Shown here: in pieces, positions 46,001-58,135 of the stretch
How positions within the stretch are numbered: the first letter of the stretch is position 1
Layout of the letters: each line of letters starts with the position of its first letter
NCBI GenBank assembly: GCA_965637545.1
Contig: OZ281497.1
Coordinates: 25,668,001-25,732,000 of the forward strand
DNA from: Phallusia mammillata
Taxonomy: Eukaryota
Direction: 5' to 3'
Length of the DNA stretch: 64,000 bases
Notes under the pieces: generated by a model
What the model was told of the DNA's origin: nothing
What the model saw: the letters and a program-made list of their open reading frames with translations, nothing else
Database searches by the model: none
Program-made: the position numbers and the translations under genes

Positions 46001-48957
46001 AAATCAGTTGGTGTGTTTCGTTATGCAATGTCGTGTATAAAAATCGATTTCGCCGATATGAAGGCAATATGGATTACATTGACATCGCCATTTTTTAGCG
46101 ATTAATTATCAATGAACCACTGAAATTAACATTGAATTCTGTTGCGAATCCGGTTTGGCTGCAAAAGTTCCGCCACCACGACAAACCACATCCCACTATG
46201 AATTCATTCGGTCTCACAGGCGAAAAAACCGAGCGGTATTACGAGGATTACAAAGTACTCGAGCAAAAAGCGAAGTCCCGCATGCGCCACGCGGTCCACC
46301 GAGGTAAGCTGCCCAACGTTTGTTGATATTGCTTTGGCAATTATAAAATATGCCTGGGGGCTCGTATTGGCGTTTTGGCGATAAACCTCAAGACCAAATA
46401 CAAATAACTATTGCGATTATCCGAATCCAGCTAGTCTTACGATGTGTTCGCGACTTTAAAAGGTCTAGTACATGCGATAAGTTTACGGTAGAGGGTAACC
46501 GACGTAGTTTTTGATTGTGTCTTCGTGGCAAATTGGTTTTAAAGATACACAGTACAAAATAACCGCCATTATTCTGTTTTGGTAACTAAAATAGAAAAAA
46601 ATGACTTTTACAACCAACCATTATCTAAACAAGAATTATGCGTGTATTTACGAAAGTTTAATTCCGTTCTTGGAACCCAAATAGGAACGGCGTTGACTTT
46701 TACAACCAGCCATTTATCCCATGCCATTTGTACAGTATACGCGCATATGCGAAAAGTATAATACGTCTTTATGCAAGAGCACCCTGCCTTAATAAATACA
46801 ACCCTGTGCGTCATATGCATTAGGTAAGCGCGATATTTGGAAAGCATTGCGACGCTCGGGCGCTTGCGGTTAAGCCGGTGGTTTTCAATTAATTCGCAAT
46901 GCATTAGACTCTTTAAATCCCAGGCAATCGGCTTGGGCAGTGTGTCATGTAATTATCTATTGCTGTATGTCACAACATGCCAGTTTCCGTACTCTGGTGG
47001 TCACACGTCAAAACACCACCAAATGACATGGAAAGGCAGATATCCGCTAAGGTTTGGGTTACGGTGTGAGAACTAATACGCAAAAACGGACGCAACATTC
47101 GCCACAGCGACCTGGCAAGCAATGTGACTAATACACTTCATGTGGTGTATAGGCATTCGAAACGTACGCGAGCGAAGAATCTTGAGATAATTCTCTTTAC
47201 TAAATGCTTCTGGCATAATAATTGTAACGGCATGTTGAACCAGTTTGAGTTCAACTATTCACTAAATCGGACAATTTAAAATTCAAACACAAAACGTTTT
47301 TGTAGTCTAACGAAGTACGAAATTGCCAATTTTTCTATGTCTATGTTTCGTTTAGGATTTTTTTCACGTGCAACTAGTGAAGTTAAATTCTTTACGGGTC
47401 TGGGTTCTATGCCGCAGTTTTTACTTGCTTGAGTTAATTTCAGTTAATTTTTAAAGTAAAGGTCTTGAGCTAAACTGTTGGTTAAGTTCTGCCCTTTCCA
47501 ACTGTTTGTAGCGAATTATAGCGTTTTGGTTCGAAACAGCCAGAAACGAAATTGGAAACAATCGAAACTCACGAAGATTTTTTTCTTGCTCCGCTTCTGC
47601 CGCCCGCAATCAGTTGCAAGTGAAGCAAAACAAAGTAGATTCGACTTGAAAGCATTTTTGATGTCGGTGCATGTGGAGCCGGGCTGCCTGGCAACCGTTA
47701 ATCGAGGCCGGACGATTTGAATTCCTTGCCTTACTTGGAGTTGACTAGCACAAAAACCGGGAGATCTAAGTCCAATAAGTCTTGAATCTTTTGGCTTGCA
47801 CAAAGCCAAGACTAAACCTGCAGGTAACTCCTTGCGTTCCGTATTTAGACGTGGAGGCAAAATTCAGTTCGCCTCTTCGCTTGGTTAAACCGAATCGAAA
47901 GTGTGTTTATACTCTGCCCAACGTTTTCGTGACATTCATTTAAGCAGTGGCTTTGCGTTATTCGCCTTTATACGAACACGGGAGCGGCGGCGCCGTTTTT
48001 CCCGTCGATCAGGAACCAGGAATGTGCAAGGATCGAAAAAGCCTCGTTCCCGTCGTGATAAGACTTCAACGGGCAATCAGTTAGCACACAAGTCAACACT
48101 ACTGGTCCTAACTCCTGGGAAAGATCCTATTGAACACGAAATCAACATTAGGTGCTCAGTAAACTGACGCCCAGTCCTGTATATTCTGTATTATGTTTAC
48201 AAACCTAAAGTCGTTAAACACACAAAACAGAATCTCAACATTATGGAGCCCCCGTGTGTAAATATAGACGGTCACATCAGATTCCTAACCAACATAACAA
48301 TGTCATAGTTGCAGCTGGTGGGTAAATTCAGTTCTTGCGCCACTTCGTCGTCATACGCTATGTCACAATATTGAGCGCCACCACAATATGATTAAGTCTG
48401 ACTTGTGTGGTGTCTAACTCTATGATCATTTTGGTGACAAGTTGTTAAGTAAGATGGTTATCTATAGACCAAAATCTCACAAACGCTGATGTCCTGTAAG
48501 TTTCAGGTGCGAACCAGAACAGTTACAAATCCGTTTAGCATTCATTAATTTGATTTCTATACACATTTATATTGAAACTTGAAACGGTTTAGCGGTTAAA
48601 GATATCATATAATATGGAAAAAAACGTCTAATCGCACGCACCAGTTTTCACTACCGTGGAATAACTCTTAAAAACAGCGTTACGGCCTGTGTGCCTTCAT
48701 ACTTTATCTTTGGTTGACTGCATGAGCTATAGATGTTTTGTCGCCAGGTATAACCCACAAGTGGTATCGAGGTTCATGCACGGGTGGCGCCGTAATAATG
48801 CGCTTAAACCTTAACAACTCTTACGTACGCTGTGCCAGTACTTGCACGTGTAGGTTGCGCCACGGCGTCACGCAAATTTAATTGGCGCCACAAGGGAATA
48901 ACTAAATGCCACATTTTTTAGGTGAGATTTGTACACGTTTTCTGGCATGTTTTTATG

Positions 48958-49090
48958 TAGGCAGTCCCAACCTGGGTTACACAGACCCCAAGGGGTCCGT
49001 GAGATGGTTTCAGGGCGTTCGCGAATGTAAAAACTGAAAGACTTTTTTTTTGAAAATAAAATTGGTCTACAAAACGCTTGGGGACCACTA
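48958..49090. mobile_element. Short decayed Charlie-type MITE
   Basis: taggcagtcccaacc ... ttggggaccacta; internal gaccccaaggggtcc resembles cacccccaaggggtgc of the 5731 element. Confidence 0.5.
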
Positions 49091-52000
49091 CTACATGCGG
49101 TTAAAGAAACAAAATTGTCCAAATAGTCCTTAAATATTAGCCTTTATAATCGCCAATTGTTAGCTTTCTGGATAGATTTTAGAAACGTGTGCAACCACTG
49201 ACGAGAAAACTTCAGTAAACTCTGTTCAAAGTTCAACTAAATATGAGGCAAAAAGATCAGTTGAAGCGGACTGTAACATCATGTAACGAGTTCTTACCAG
49301 TTTCTGCGCTTTGTTACCCCTGTTTAAATAAGTTTTAAAATCTTTTCTTACTATTCACTGTAAGAAGCTCTAAAAAATTAACTTTACCAACCCCGTTGCT
49401 GGTCTTGCTACACTTGAAATCTAAGGCCACACCACCAAAACTCTGCTGTTTGTGACCTCATTTAAAGGTCTAACGAACGGAAAAACTATGCAAGACACAA
49501 ATGCATGTTTTACAACAAGTTCTGGCCTCGCCCCAGCAAATCTACACTGTTTGGGATTAGACTAAGGCAAGATGGAAAGTTCCTGCAAGTCAGGGAGCTA
49601 AAACCACGTCGATCAAGTTAATTACGCCTGTTAAGCCCTCCCAGTACTCAGTAATCTCCCTGCAACAAACAGCTTAAGCAATCTGGACTACCTTTAGTCT
49701 CTCAAGCGTCCAAAATCCCTTGCATTTTTGGCCGGCTCGCCCTCACTTTCGCTTACAAATCGGCAGCCTAGCCAAAACAAATACATCTGATGTAGCAGTC
49801 GCGTCTTGGCTCTTTTTTTAAGTGACTGATGGTGACGTATGGAGATACATTTTCGCACAAATATTCCCCATGTGGAATGTGTCATTCTGACTACCAAGTC
49901 TAATCCCCAACCTTAAAGGTATACGAAAAGCCACACTGCTTTTCTAACACAGTTTATATGAAATTCATTCTGCATTCTACGCTTTACAACTTTCTTTAGT
50001 TTGTTTCAACTTCTGCAACATTTAATTTTATGCCTTAGCTGTTTCAATTTATCAACCTGTAGACATTTTAGGTACATAAAAAGCTGCACTGTACTCTACA
50101 CATTATTCCTGGCAACTTTAAAACAACATCCTCATATGCAACTCGTGTGTTCTACGTCTTCCGGCTGCTTAATCGCATTAAACCCTTGCCTTACACCCAG
50201 CCGGCGCGCAAACTATCTCATACCTTAGGTGCAAAGCTGGCCTCAAGGACCCTTCGTTAAGACACCTTTCCTGTTCAAGTCCTGTGCCTGACCACTTCAG
50301 GGTTCCGGGTCACGGCTAAGGGTGGACAATGTCGCGCTGGTCAATCAACTGTCGTCCCTAAGGCGGGAAGTGGCCCCCACTTGACCCCAGCCCGCTGCGT
50401 GGGTGCGTTTACAGCCCCCGAACCCGTGGGGTTGACGTATCGGGCTAAAGCAAATTTACGGATTACATACGATAGGGGTATTTGTTTTGCATCGGGTTTT
50501 ATTTGCGATTCGCGTTTTTTGATCTTGTCTGGCATCGACAGGTGTCGTGCTGTAGCTGACCTCTGCTGTGTTGTTATTGTTTGAACGGAGATTTGTTGCA
50601 CACGCGACTTTCGTAGTTGCTTAACTACCATGCTCTAGTTTTTCAATTTGAAACACAGCATCTATTGTTCCACTGCGCTACACAAGAAATACGTTATCTC
50701 TACCATGTCTGTTATCTTCAACCAAAACTCACTTCAAAAGCTCCAACATGAGCTATTATCAGCTGTTAATTTTGGACCTGATCAGCAAGTATATGTGCTG
50801 CAAAATTTCGAAGTTCAAACGCTCCTGTTATCGCCAAGGCGCCTCCAACTGTTTTGCCGACAAAAGGAGCTTGCCACACCGCCGCAAGCTTCACAACGAC
50901 ACCGATGCTGGCTCGCCTAAGCTGAAGCAAGACACCGAATCGGCGTCTATCCTGTCTCGAATCCAGCCGCATCAAAAAACCGCCGTTTTTCGTTTTCTAC
51001 GCGCTTTGACACCATGAGGAGACAAGTCGGGTATAACGCACAGAATAAAGCAAAATCGCGGGCTGCGCTACAGTGGTAAATTCAATTGCAAATATCAAAA
51101 ACCACTTAAAAAGGCGCGCTTTCAATAGAGGTGTTAAAGTATGGGCTTTTGTTTTCTGACTTGTCAAAAGCGTGGTAAGCTACCTGCAGAAATCGGGCGT
51201 TTAATGATGTTTAATTTTGGATTAGGGCTATTCCTTTGACAAACAAGTGCGTAGGCTTGATGCCAAATCCTCCGCTTTATCTTAAAAACACAGTGGAACT
51301 GAGATCAGATTGTTCTAGACTCCAACCGATGTGATTTTAAACTTGGTAAAGGACGTATAGTTTATAAAATAATAATAAACAGCACTTACATTAATCAAAT
51401 GAAAAGAGTTCTTCTAACTGGAAACAAAAATATACAACATCCTAATTGTGGAAACTACCTAAAACTGTTTTTGTTAGTTTAATGCGCACGAGCTTAGTAA
51501 TACACCTCATCATCTTAAATGCCCAAAATCTATTCACGCCGCCGCAACTAGTGTGTTTAAACTTTGCCCGTCGATAACTATTGTAAGATGCCGTGGTTGA
51601 TACAACAAAAGGTCGATCCCCACACAAACAGATGCATTTCGCGGATTTTCGGATCAACACAGATCTTGTGTTGTGCGTTCCTGGCCAAAGTATACAAGGC
51701 TTAAGCGAAAACGTTGCCCTGAGCAGACGAACAAGCGAAAAGTGTTTTGCAACGGAGAGTTCGCGCAAATTGACTCAGATGTATCCATCCGAAACGAAGC
51801 GGGATTTCGACTCTGGCAACTTTCCACCGCAGCCCGCCCAAACAAAATGGGCGTCTGGCCCGATGCACCGTAGGCCCGGCATTCTTTTGGGTCCTACGTC
51901 ACGGCACAAATACGTCATCATGGTGGATATGTGGAGTTTAGGCTCAATACTTTTATTACCTGTTTACATTATCATTCTTTGCAATTGCAAAACACGTCGG

Positions 52001-52998
52001 TGTTGCCAACAACTGTTTGCAACAGTCTTAGGTTCTTTTGTGCGCTACGTCATGACACAATTACGTCATCATGTTCAAGTGTGAAATCCAACATATAAAA
52101 ACATAAAATCGCTTTTGGCATGATCATTCCAATATTGAAACGATTGAGGTGTCAACAAGCGTTTACCATATAATTCAAGCTCTATGTCACGGCGCAATGA
52201 CATAATCTTGTAGAAATTCAGATTAAAACCACAGTAAGAAATGCGGTAAGCGGACCTAAAATTGTGCCCCGAACCCGAAAGTACAAGCGCGAAACCGATA
52301 CGAAATATATACCAAATTAGCCCCGGAACATGGCGAAACGACGGTAAAAATGGAACTCAGTAAAGTCAGGTCTAAATCAAGCATGTTATACCCCCGCCTG
52401 AACTCGACCCGAAGAAGCCAATCCCGACCAACTACTTTGAGACATTGAACCATGTAGTCGAGGTGTGAACAAATCGTCAACCTTTCAGCCCTGGCATCGT
52501 ATTGTGACCTCATTTCAGTGAAGTGCCTGATTTGAACCTGAGCCATGATGAGAGTCAACTCTAAAGCACCATCATCACCACACACTTGCATAATGCCGCC
52601 TGATGACACGAGGATGCGTTTCCCCGACTTTTCAAAAGCCCTTGACCTCAGGTCTACGAGCCCCGTGCCTTTGGATGAGATCATAAAATTCTATTTCAAA
52701 CCTTTTTAGCTGTGTCGTGTATGTAGTTTTTGACCTTAAGTTTGACGCAATGATGTACAAATGTACACACCAGTTTAAAAGTGGAAGGGTATTTTCCTCT
52801 GACTGATAAAACACACTGCATGAAGTATTTTGGTATTTTTTGAATTAAGGTTGCTTTCAGAGTTCATATGTTATAACAAAAATGTTTGAAACTAAACATC
52901 TACCAGACTCGACAAAGAGTGGGCTTGATTTTGTATTTCTAATGAGAAGACATAGAAAACTTTGACTTCCATTGACAAAACTTGAGCAACAAATGGGC

Positions 52999-53262
52999 CA
53001 AACTTGCAATGAAAAGATACAGAATTTTTTCACTCAGATTTAAGAAAAAAATGTTTCGCCTTTTCAGACAAACTTTGCAGTGAAAGGATACAGACTTTTT
53101 TGATGAAGTCTTCACACAAAATGAGACTTAATTTTTTGTCAAACTTTGCAATAGGAAGAAAGTTTTGACCCAGACTTCACAAAAACAAGTCTTCATTTTT
53201 GGTTAAACTTGGCAATGAGAAGGAAGTTTTGATTTTGTAGGTACAGAAAGTTTTGACCCAGC
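52999..53262. repeat. Degenerate 64-71-bp minisatellite, ~4 units
   Basis: aaact(t/g)gca(a/g)t motif at 53000, 53070, 53141 and 53205; aaagttttgacccag recurs. Confidence 0.6.
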
Positions 53263-56200
53263 CATACCTGAAACGCCAGGGTTCTAAAAACAAAATTACC
53301 GCAACACCTGTGAGTACAGGAACAGATGCTGTTTATTGATGCTCGACTCAGTGCCGCTATACCGCGGAAGTGCAACGCTTCACCACACCAAGTTTTCGGT
53401 TTCAAACTTCAACAACCGTCATTCCTTACACCAACCCATAAACCAGGATAGGAAACACGCTTAACAGAAAGCAACGATACGCTCACATGTACAGACTCAG
53501 AAGAGAAAAATCTGGAACCCATTTAAGGCACCACGCCATAAGGTGCCTTGCTTGCAACATCAAAAAATCAAGTTATTTTTTACGACCCAATTCCTTCTTT
53601 GAAGGTTGCTTTCGGCGCGTGACCAAACCTATGGGGAGGGGGTCGGCGTTAACCCCTCCGTTTCCGTTTCGTCACGTGTTTTTGGCGTCGTCTAAATCCA
53701 GTTCGGGCTCACTGCCGGGTATGGCTGGAATTGAACCGAAAAATAAGAACAACGTACATTAAGCTGTGGACGAAGCTCAGTTCGTTCCACTTCGTCTGAC
53801 TCTCAGCTTTGATTTAAACAACTATTTCTGGTTCCAAAGCTTTACAGCAAATAGCGGCGGTTTTGCTAGGAATTCATATTTTTTTGATGATTTTGGTTAC
53901 ACCTTGCGCCGAGGTCCAATTTGTTCTACTTCAGATGACTTTAAGCTGTAATTTACCTACTCAACAAACGTTCATAGTCATCACCAAATAATTTAGGAAA
54001 TGTATGCAATTGATACTCATCAATTGGGGAAAAATTAAACCTATTTAAAGAGATTTTAGGCACATTTTGTCAATTGTCTAAAACCTAACAACATCCAAAA
54101 CTGTCAATTGTCAATATATACCAAAAGCCAATTTACAACGGGTACTTTTTGTGACACAATATACACCTTCGCGCAAAAAAAACTGTTGATTTCCATAACA
54201 GCAACAAACCTATACTTTTGTTAATAGAAAAACACGTCCTGAATTTGCTATACCTTACCAAGGCCAAAACTGCCAGAAAGTTTGTAAATAGTAAATAAAT
54301 TGTAGTGTAGACGCTTAAAATGCTGATTAAATTATCTTCGCAAAGTACAGTGAAGTTTGTGAACCCAATTCTCCTAATTTTCTCCCTAAAATTCGAATTT
54401 TTATTACTGTCATATCATTCCTAACTTTCCCGTTCAACCAGCACATCTAACATCGCCGTCACTGACTTCATTACCGCCTGTCAATCAATCACAACACAAA
54501 CGAGCGCTCGCTTATGCACGTAACAGGTATGCGAGGCGGGTAACGAGATCGGGGACCAGGAAAGCCAAAACCGGGTGTTGCTACTCTGCAGGTCATATGC
54601 GCAAACACTGGCCTTCAAATGGATCAAGTTCATACAGATCCTGGCTTTTCCTGTTCGAGATCAACACCCTTCAACAAGCACTTCGTTATAGTTAAGTTGT
54701 AAAGGGGTTGTTGTGTTGTGTTTGCGAGTTTGGGGCTGGGAAACTTTGTGGGGGGTTTGCGGTAACGAGCGTTTACGGAAAAGACTTGCAAGGATGAGAG
54801 GTCAAAGTTCAGGTCGATTACGTGACAAAAATGACCTGAATTATAAGTGCTACTGCTACGTGTTAACGAAACTTGTTCTTTACGTTTATTAAAATTTAGT
54901 GTCTTAAACAAAATTCTGTGACTGTTTTTGTGGTATTTTCTGATCATATGTATAGTGAGTTTACCATAAAAATGCTCCAAAATTGTGCTCAAAGCCTATC
55001 GTTGGCTGTTGTAACCCAGAAATCCTAAGTAAAAACAAATTCCACTAAATCACAATGGGTCTTTGATGAGGTGGTAAATGGTGTAACGCCTAAATCATAA
55101 ATTGACAAATAATAGTTATAAACCCCACGACACGCGATGGTTAAAACATACACCACTAGACGTTCAATACAAAATTAATCCAGTAAGCCCAAAACTGCAT
55201 ATTACCCACATAGGGTTACATATCAAGGAACTCTTCCCCTATTCCACGTGTAAGCGTTCATGTCTGGACGCTGATTGGTCCGAAAAGGGGATTTAATTAA
55301 AACCTCGCAGCAGTTTGTCGCCGATGTGGTTCCCGCGTCTCCCTACCGTTCCCCACACAATAACAAACGCCATTCACGCTCCGTTTCCAAGTCTTTTAAT
55401 TAAAAGCTGTTCGCCCTTGCCTTTGCGCCCGTTCTTGCCCCTTATTGAAAGGAAGCAGCGTTTCCTTTTGAGTTAGGTCGTCTTTATGAGTCGTTTTGTC
55501 GCCCATTTCCGTTGTGATAAATCTCGCATAATATCTATGCCGGCCGTTTCCTATGTTCACACGCTCGCATATGGAAATAGATTGACATTGAAGAACGTAA
55601 TACCGTAAACGCCGGTTTGAACTGGATTTAGACACAACCCAATGGTTTTACAATAGAAAACAAAGAAAAATTTAGTGGTTATGTGCTTTGATATAATTTG
55701 TTATGTTTGACTAATCAGTTTATTTTAAGGTGTGGCTTGCTGGAGAATATCGTTTTTCTGGGTTTGACATTGTTTGTACGATTTTCACGTAAATGATTCA
55801 CCAACCAATGCAAAAAGAGATCGTACTAATCAATACGCTTTTTGTATTTGTCCAATATGGTTTATTTTTTCCTTAACTATAAACTTGTAATTTTAGAAGT
55901 ATTCAAAAGTGTATTTTAGGCAAGAGAGTCTTGTTTAAAATAATAACTATTCATCCTGCTTTGATTTTTTTTGTATTTCAGTCTTTTCACCCATTTCCAC
56001 GCGCCAAAATCTCACGGGTTTAGCTCTCTCGTGACACCTAGCCAAATACACAAGTCATCTTCCTAACAAGGCCGCTTTTAGAGATTCACCCTTCCAGGGA
56101 TAATCGTAAGTCACGTGTCTTGTCGAACTGGTTCCCAGTGAGGGACGGATTCGTTGCCACTGAAGCGAAGCAAATACGAAAGTGCCTCGATTCGCTTTTG

Positions 56201-56388
56201 AGTTCGGGAGAGATCAGTTCAGGCGAAGAGCAGGCTGATAGAGCCTTCCACTATAACATTCCGATTAAGTACGGCGCAGCGTTTGTGAATGACAGCTGGC
56301 AATGTGTTGTTTTTGTTGGACGGCTAAAAAGGTTCGCAGCATATTTTGCTGGCTTTGAAACGGGCGGGACAGGAGTATAGGCTAAGTT

Positions 56389-56515
56389 CTTTTACGTACG
56401 ACATTGGCATTAAATGGTTTACAAAGCATTTTTACGTTAAACGCATTACATTTGGTACTTTTACGTACAGCATGGGTATGAAATGGTTTACAAAGCATTT
56501 TAAGTTAACATTAAT
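56389..56515. repeat. Two-copy 69-bp tandem duplication
   Basis: cttttacgtac...aaatggtttacaaagcatttt at 56389 and 56458. Confidence 0.7.
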
Positions 56516-58014
56516 AGCTCGACAAAACCGTATACATATGTTGTTTGATTTTCGCTTGAAAACTATCTTGATTGCCCCTTATGCCCTACAGTATTATTTG
56601 ACAAACCTTTTATATCTTGTACTTGTAAGTCACATGAGTTGTACAACAGCTGCGTTTGTTATCGCTCTTTAAACACAAGCAAGGTAAACCAAGTGGGCCA
56701 CACCCAAGTAGTTTACAAAACAATATAAGCCTCTCGTTTCTAACATTTTTACACGCCTACCCTTGCGAACTTAACTCTTGCACAGAACAGAAACTACTTC
56801 TGTCCGCATAGAGACCCCACACGTCCAGGACGAAGTGACGTTTTCGTTCAAGTCACCTTGGCACCGGAGTCAAGGTCACGGCCTACCGGGCGTCGCCTTT
56901 CGTCGGCCAGGTTCCACCTTTCGGCACATGAGTCCACTAAGCCGAAAATATGCGAACGCGCCCTGCGGCCCGGGCTGCGAACCTGATACGACCCCTATGG
57001 CGTCTCACGAATATATGAAACCGAAGCCCCATGTTGCAAGCAGAGGCTGGGCTTGACCCCTTTGGGGCGCTGCAGAAGGGGCATTTTGCACGATGGGAAA
57101 GATCGACACGATACACTTTGCCAGTCGCCTGTAACGTGACAGTTGTCTTGTCTGTGGTTCGTCTTACATACACGCGATAGCTCTATAAGATACTTTTGCT
57201 CTTTGCCTGTCGAAAGCCGGACGCCAGAAGCAATAAATTAGTCACGCGCAATCAACGGTACAACGAGAATTGCCTTTAGTGCTTGTAACATGTACGGCTC
57301 ATGTCAGTAATTTTGCTAAGAAAAAAGTTTAACATCACTGGTCACCGCTTGCCACTCACAGTTGCCCCAAAGCAACCTCTGTACCTTGTTTGCGAAGTGC
57401 AAAGTTTCAAATTGCAGTTAAATCGGCCTTTGGGCAAAAACTCCTGCAAACCGAAGCCCTTTTCATCATGGTTGTACCTATCCAACTTATACGTTACGTT
57501 TGTCTTTTTATTTGGTCAAGTTGTTGATGAATTGCCTTGGATTAAGCTCTTAGCCCTATTTGAGCGACTTACATATCACGTGGTAATGATATTATTTACA
57601 ACTTCTCAAGTAACCTTTTTTACCGTATATCATTGTCATAGACACTGAACTTTGGTTATGAGGTTTGCAATGGTATGGGGCTAAATCAGTGTTTGTCAAT
57701 CCTAAAGGCTTTGCGAGTGTGCTGATTTCTGACAATATATAAATAATTTTTAAGGTTTATAGTGATATTGATACTGCACATTTACTTAAACCTTGCTAAT
57801 GGTTATGTTGATACAAAGATAGTTTGTGAACACAAAAAATGTTAAAAAACGCTGCCCGGAATTATTTATACAACTGTCTAGGGCCGTGTTAACCTGCGCT
57901 TGGTGAATTATCAAGCTTTATCAATGCGCAATGCGGGGTAAACGTTTTAGGGACAAAAATCAATCAGATTTTTCAAGTGCTGCCACAACAAGCTCTTGAC
58001 AAACAATCTATTTA

Positions 58015-58135
58015 TAGCTTGCCCCAGCAACAACAGGGCATTTGAGGTTCGATCTCATCGCATTGCCACAGTGGGCGGCAACCTCTTATGGGACAAACAC
58101 TTCACTTTTCAGCACACAACATTGGCACGAGTAAC
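58015..58135 (+). mobile_element. Possible decayed tRNA-SINE (B box plus core)
   Basis: B-box-like gaggttcgatctc (58044-58056) followed by gtgggcg..tgggacaaacacttcac..tggcacgag, which resembles my recollection of the Ciona Cics-type SINE core; no A box. Confidence 0.3.

Noticed and set aside
51593-52084. 163-codon plus-strand ORF
   Set aside because: Non-ATG start, no family motif, and overlapping short ORFs in other frames typical of GC-richer non-coding DNA.
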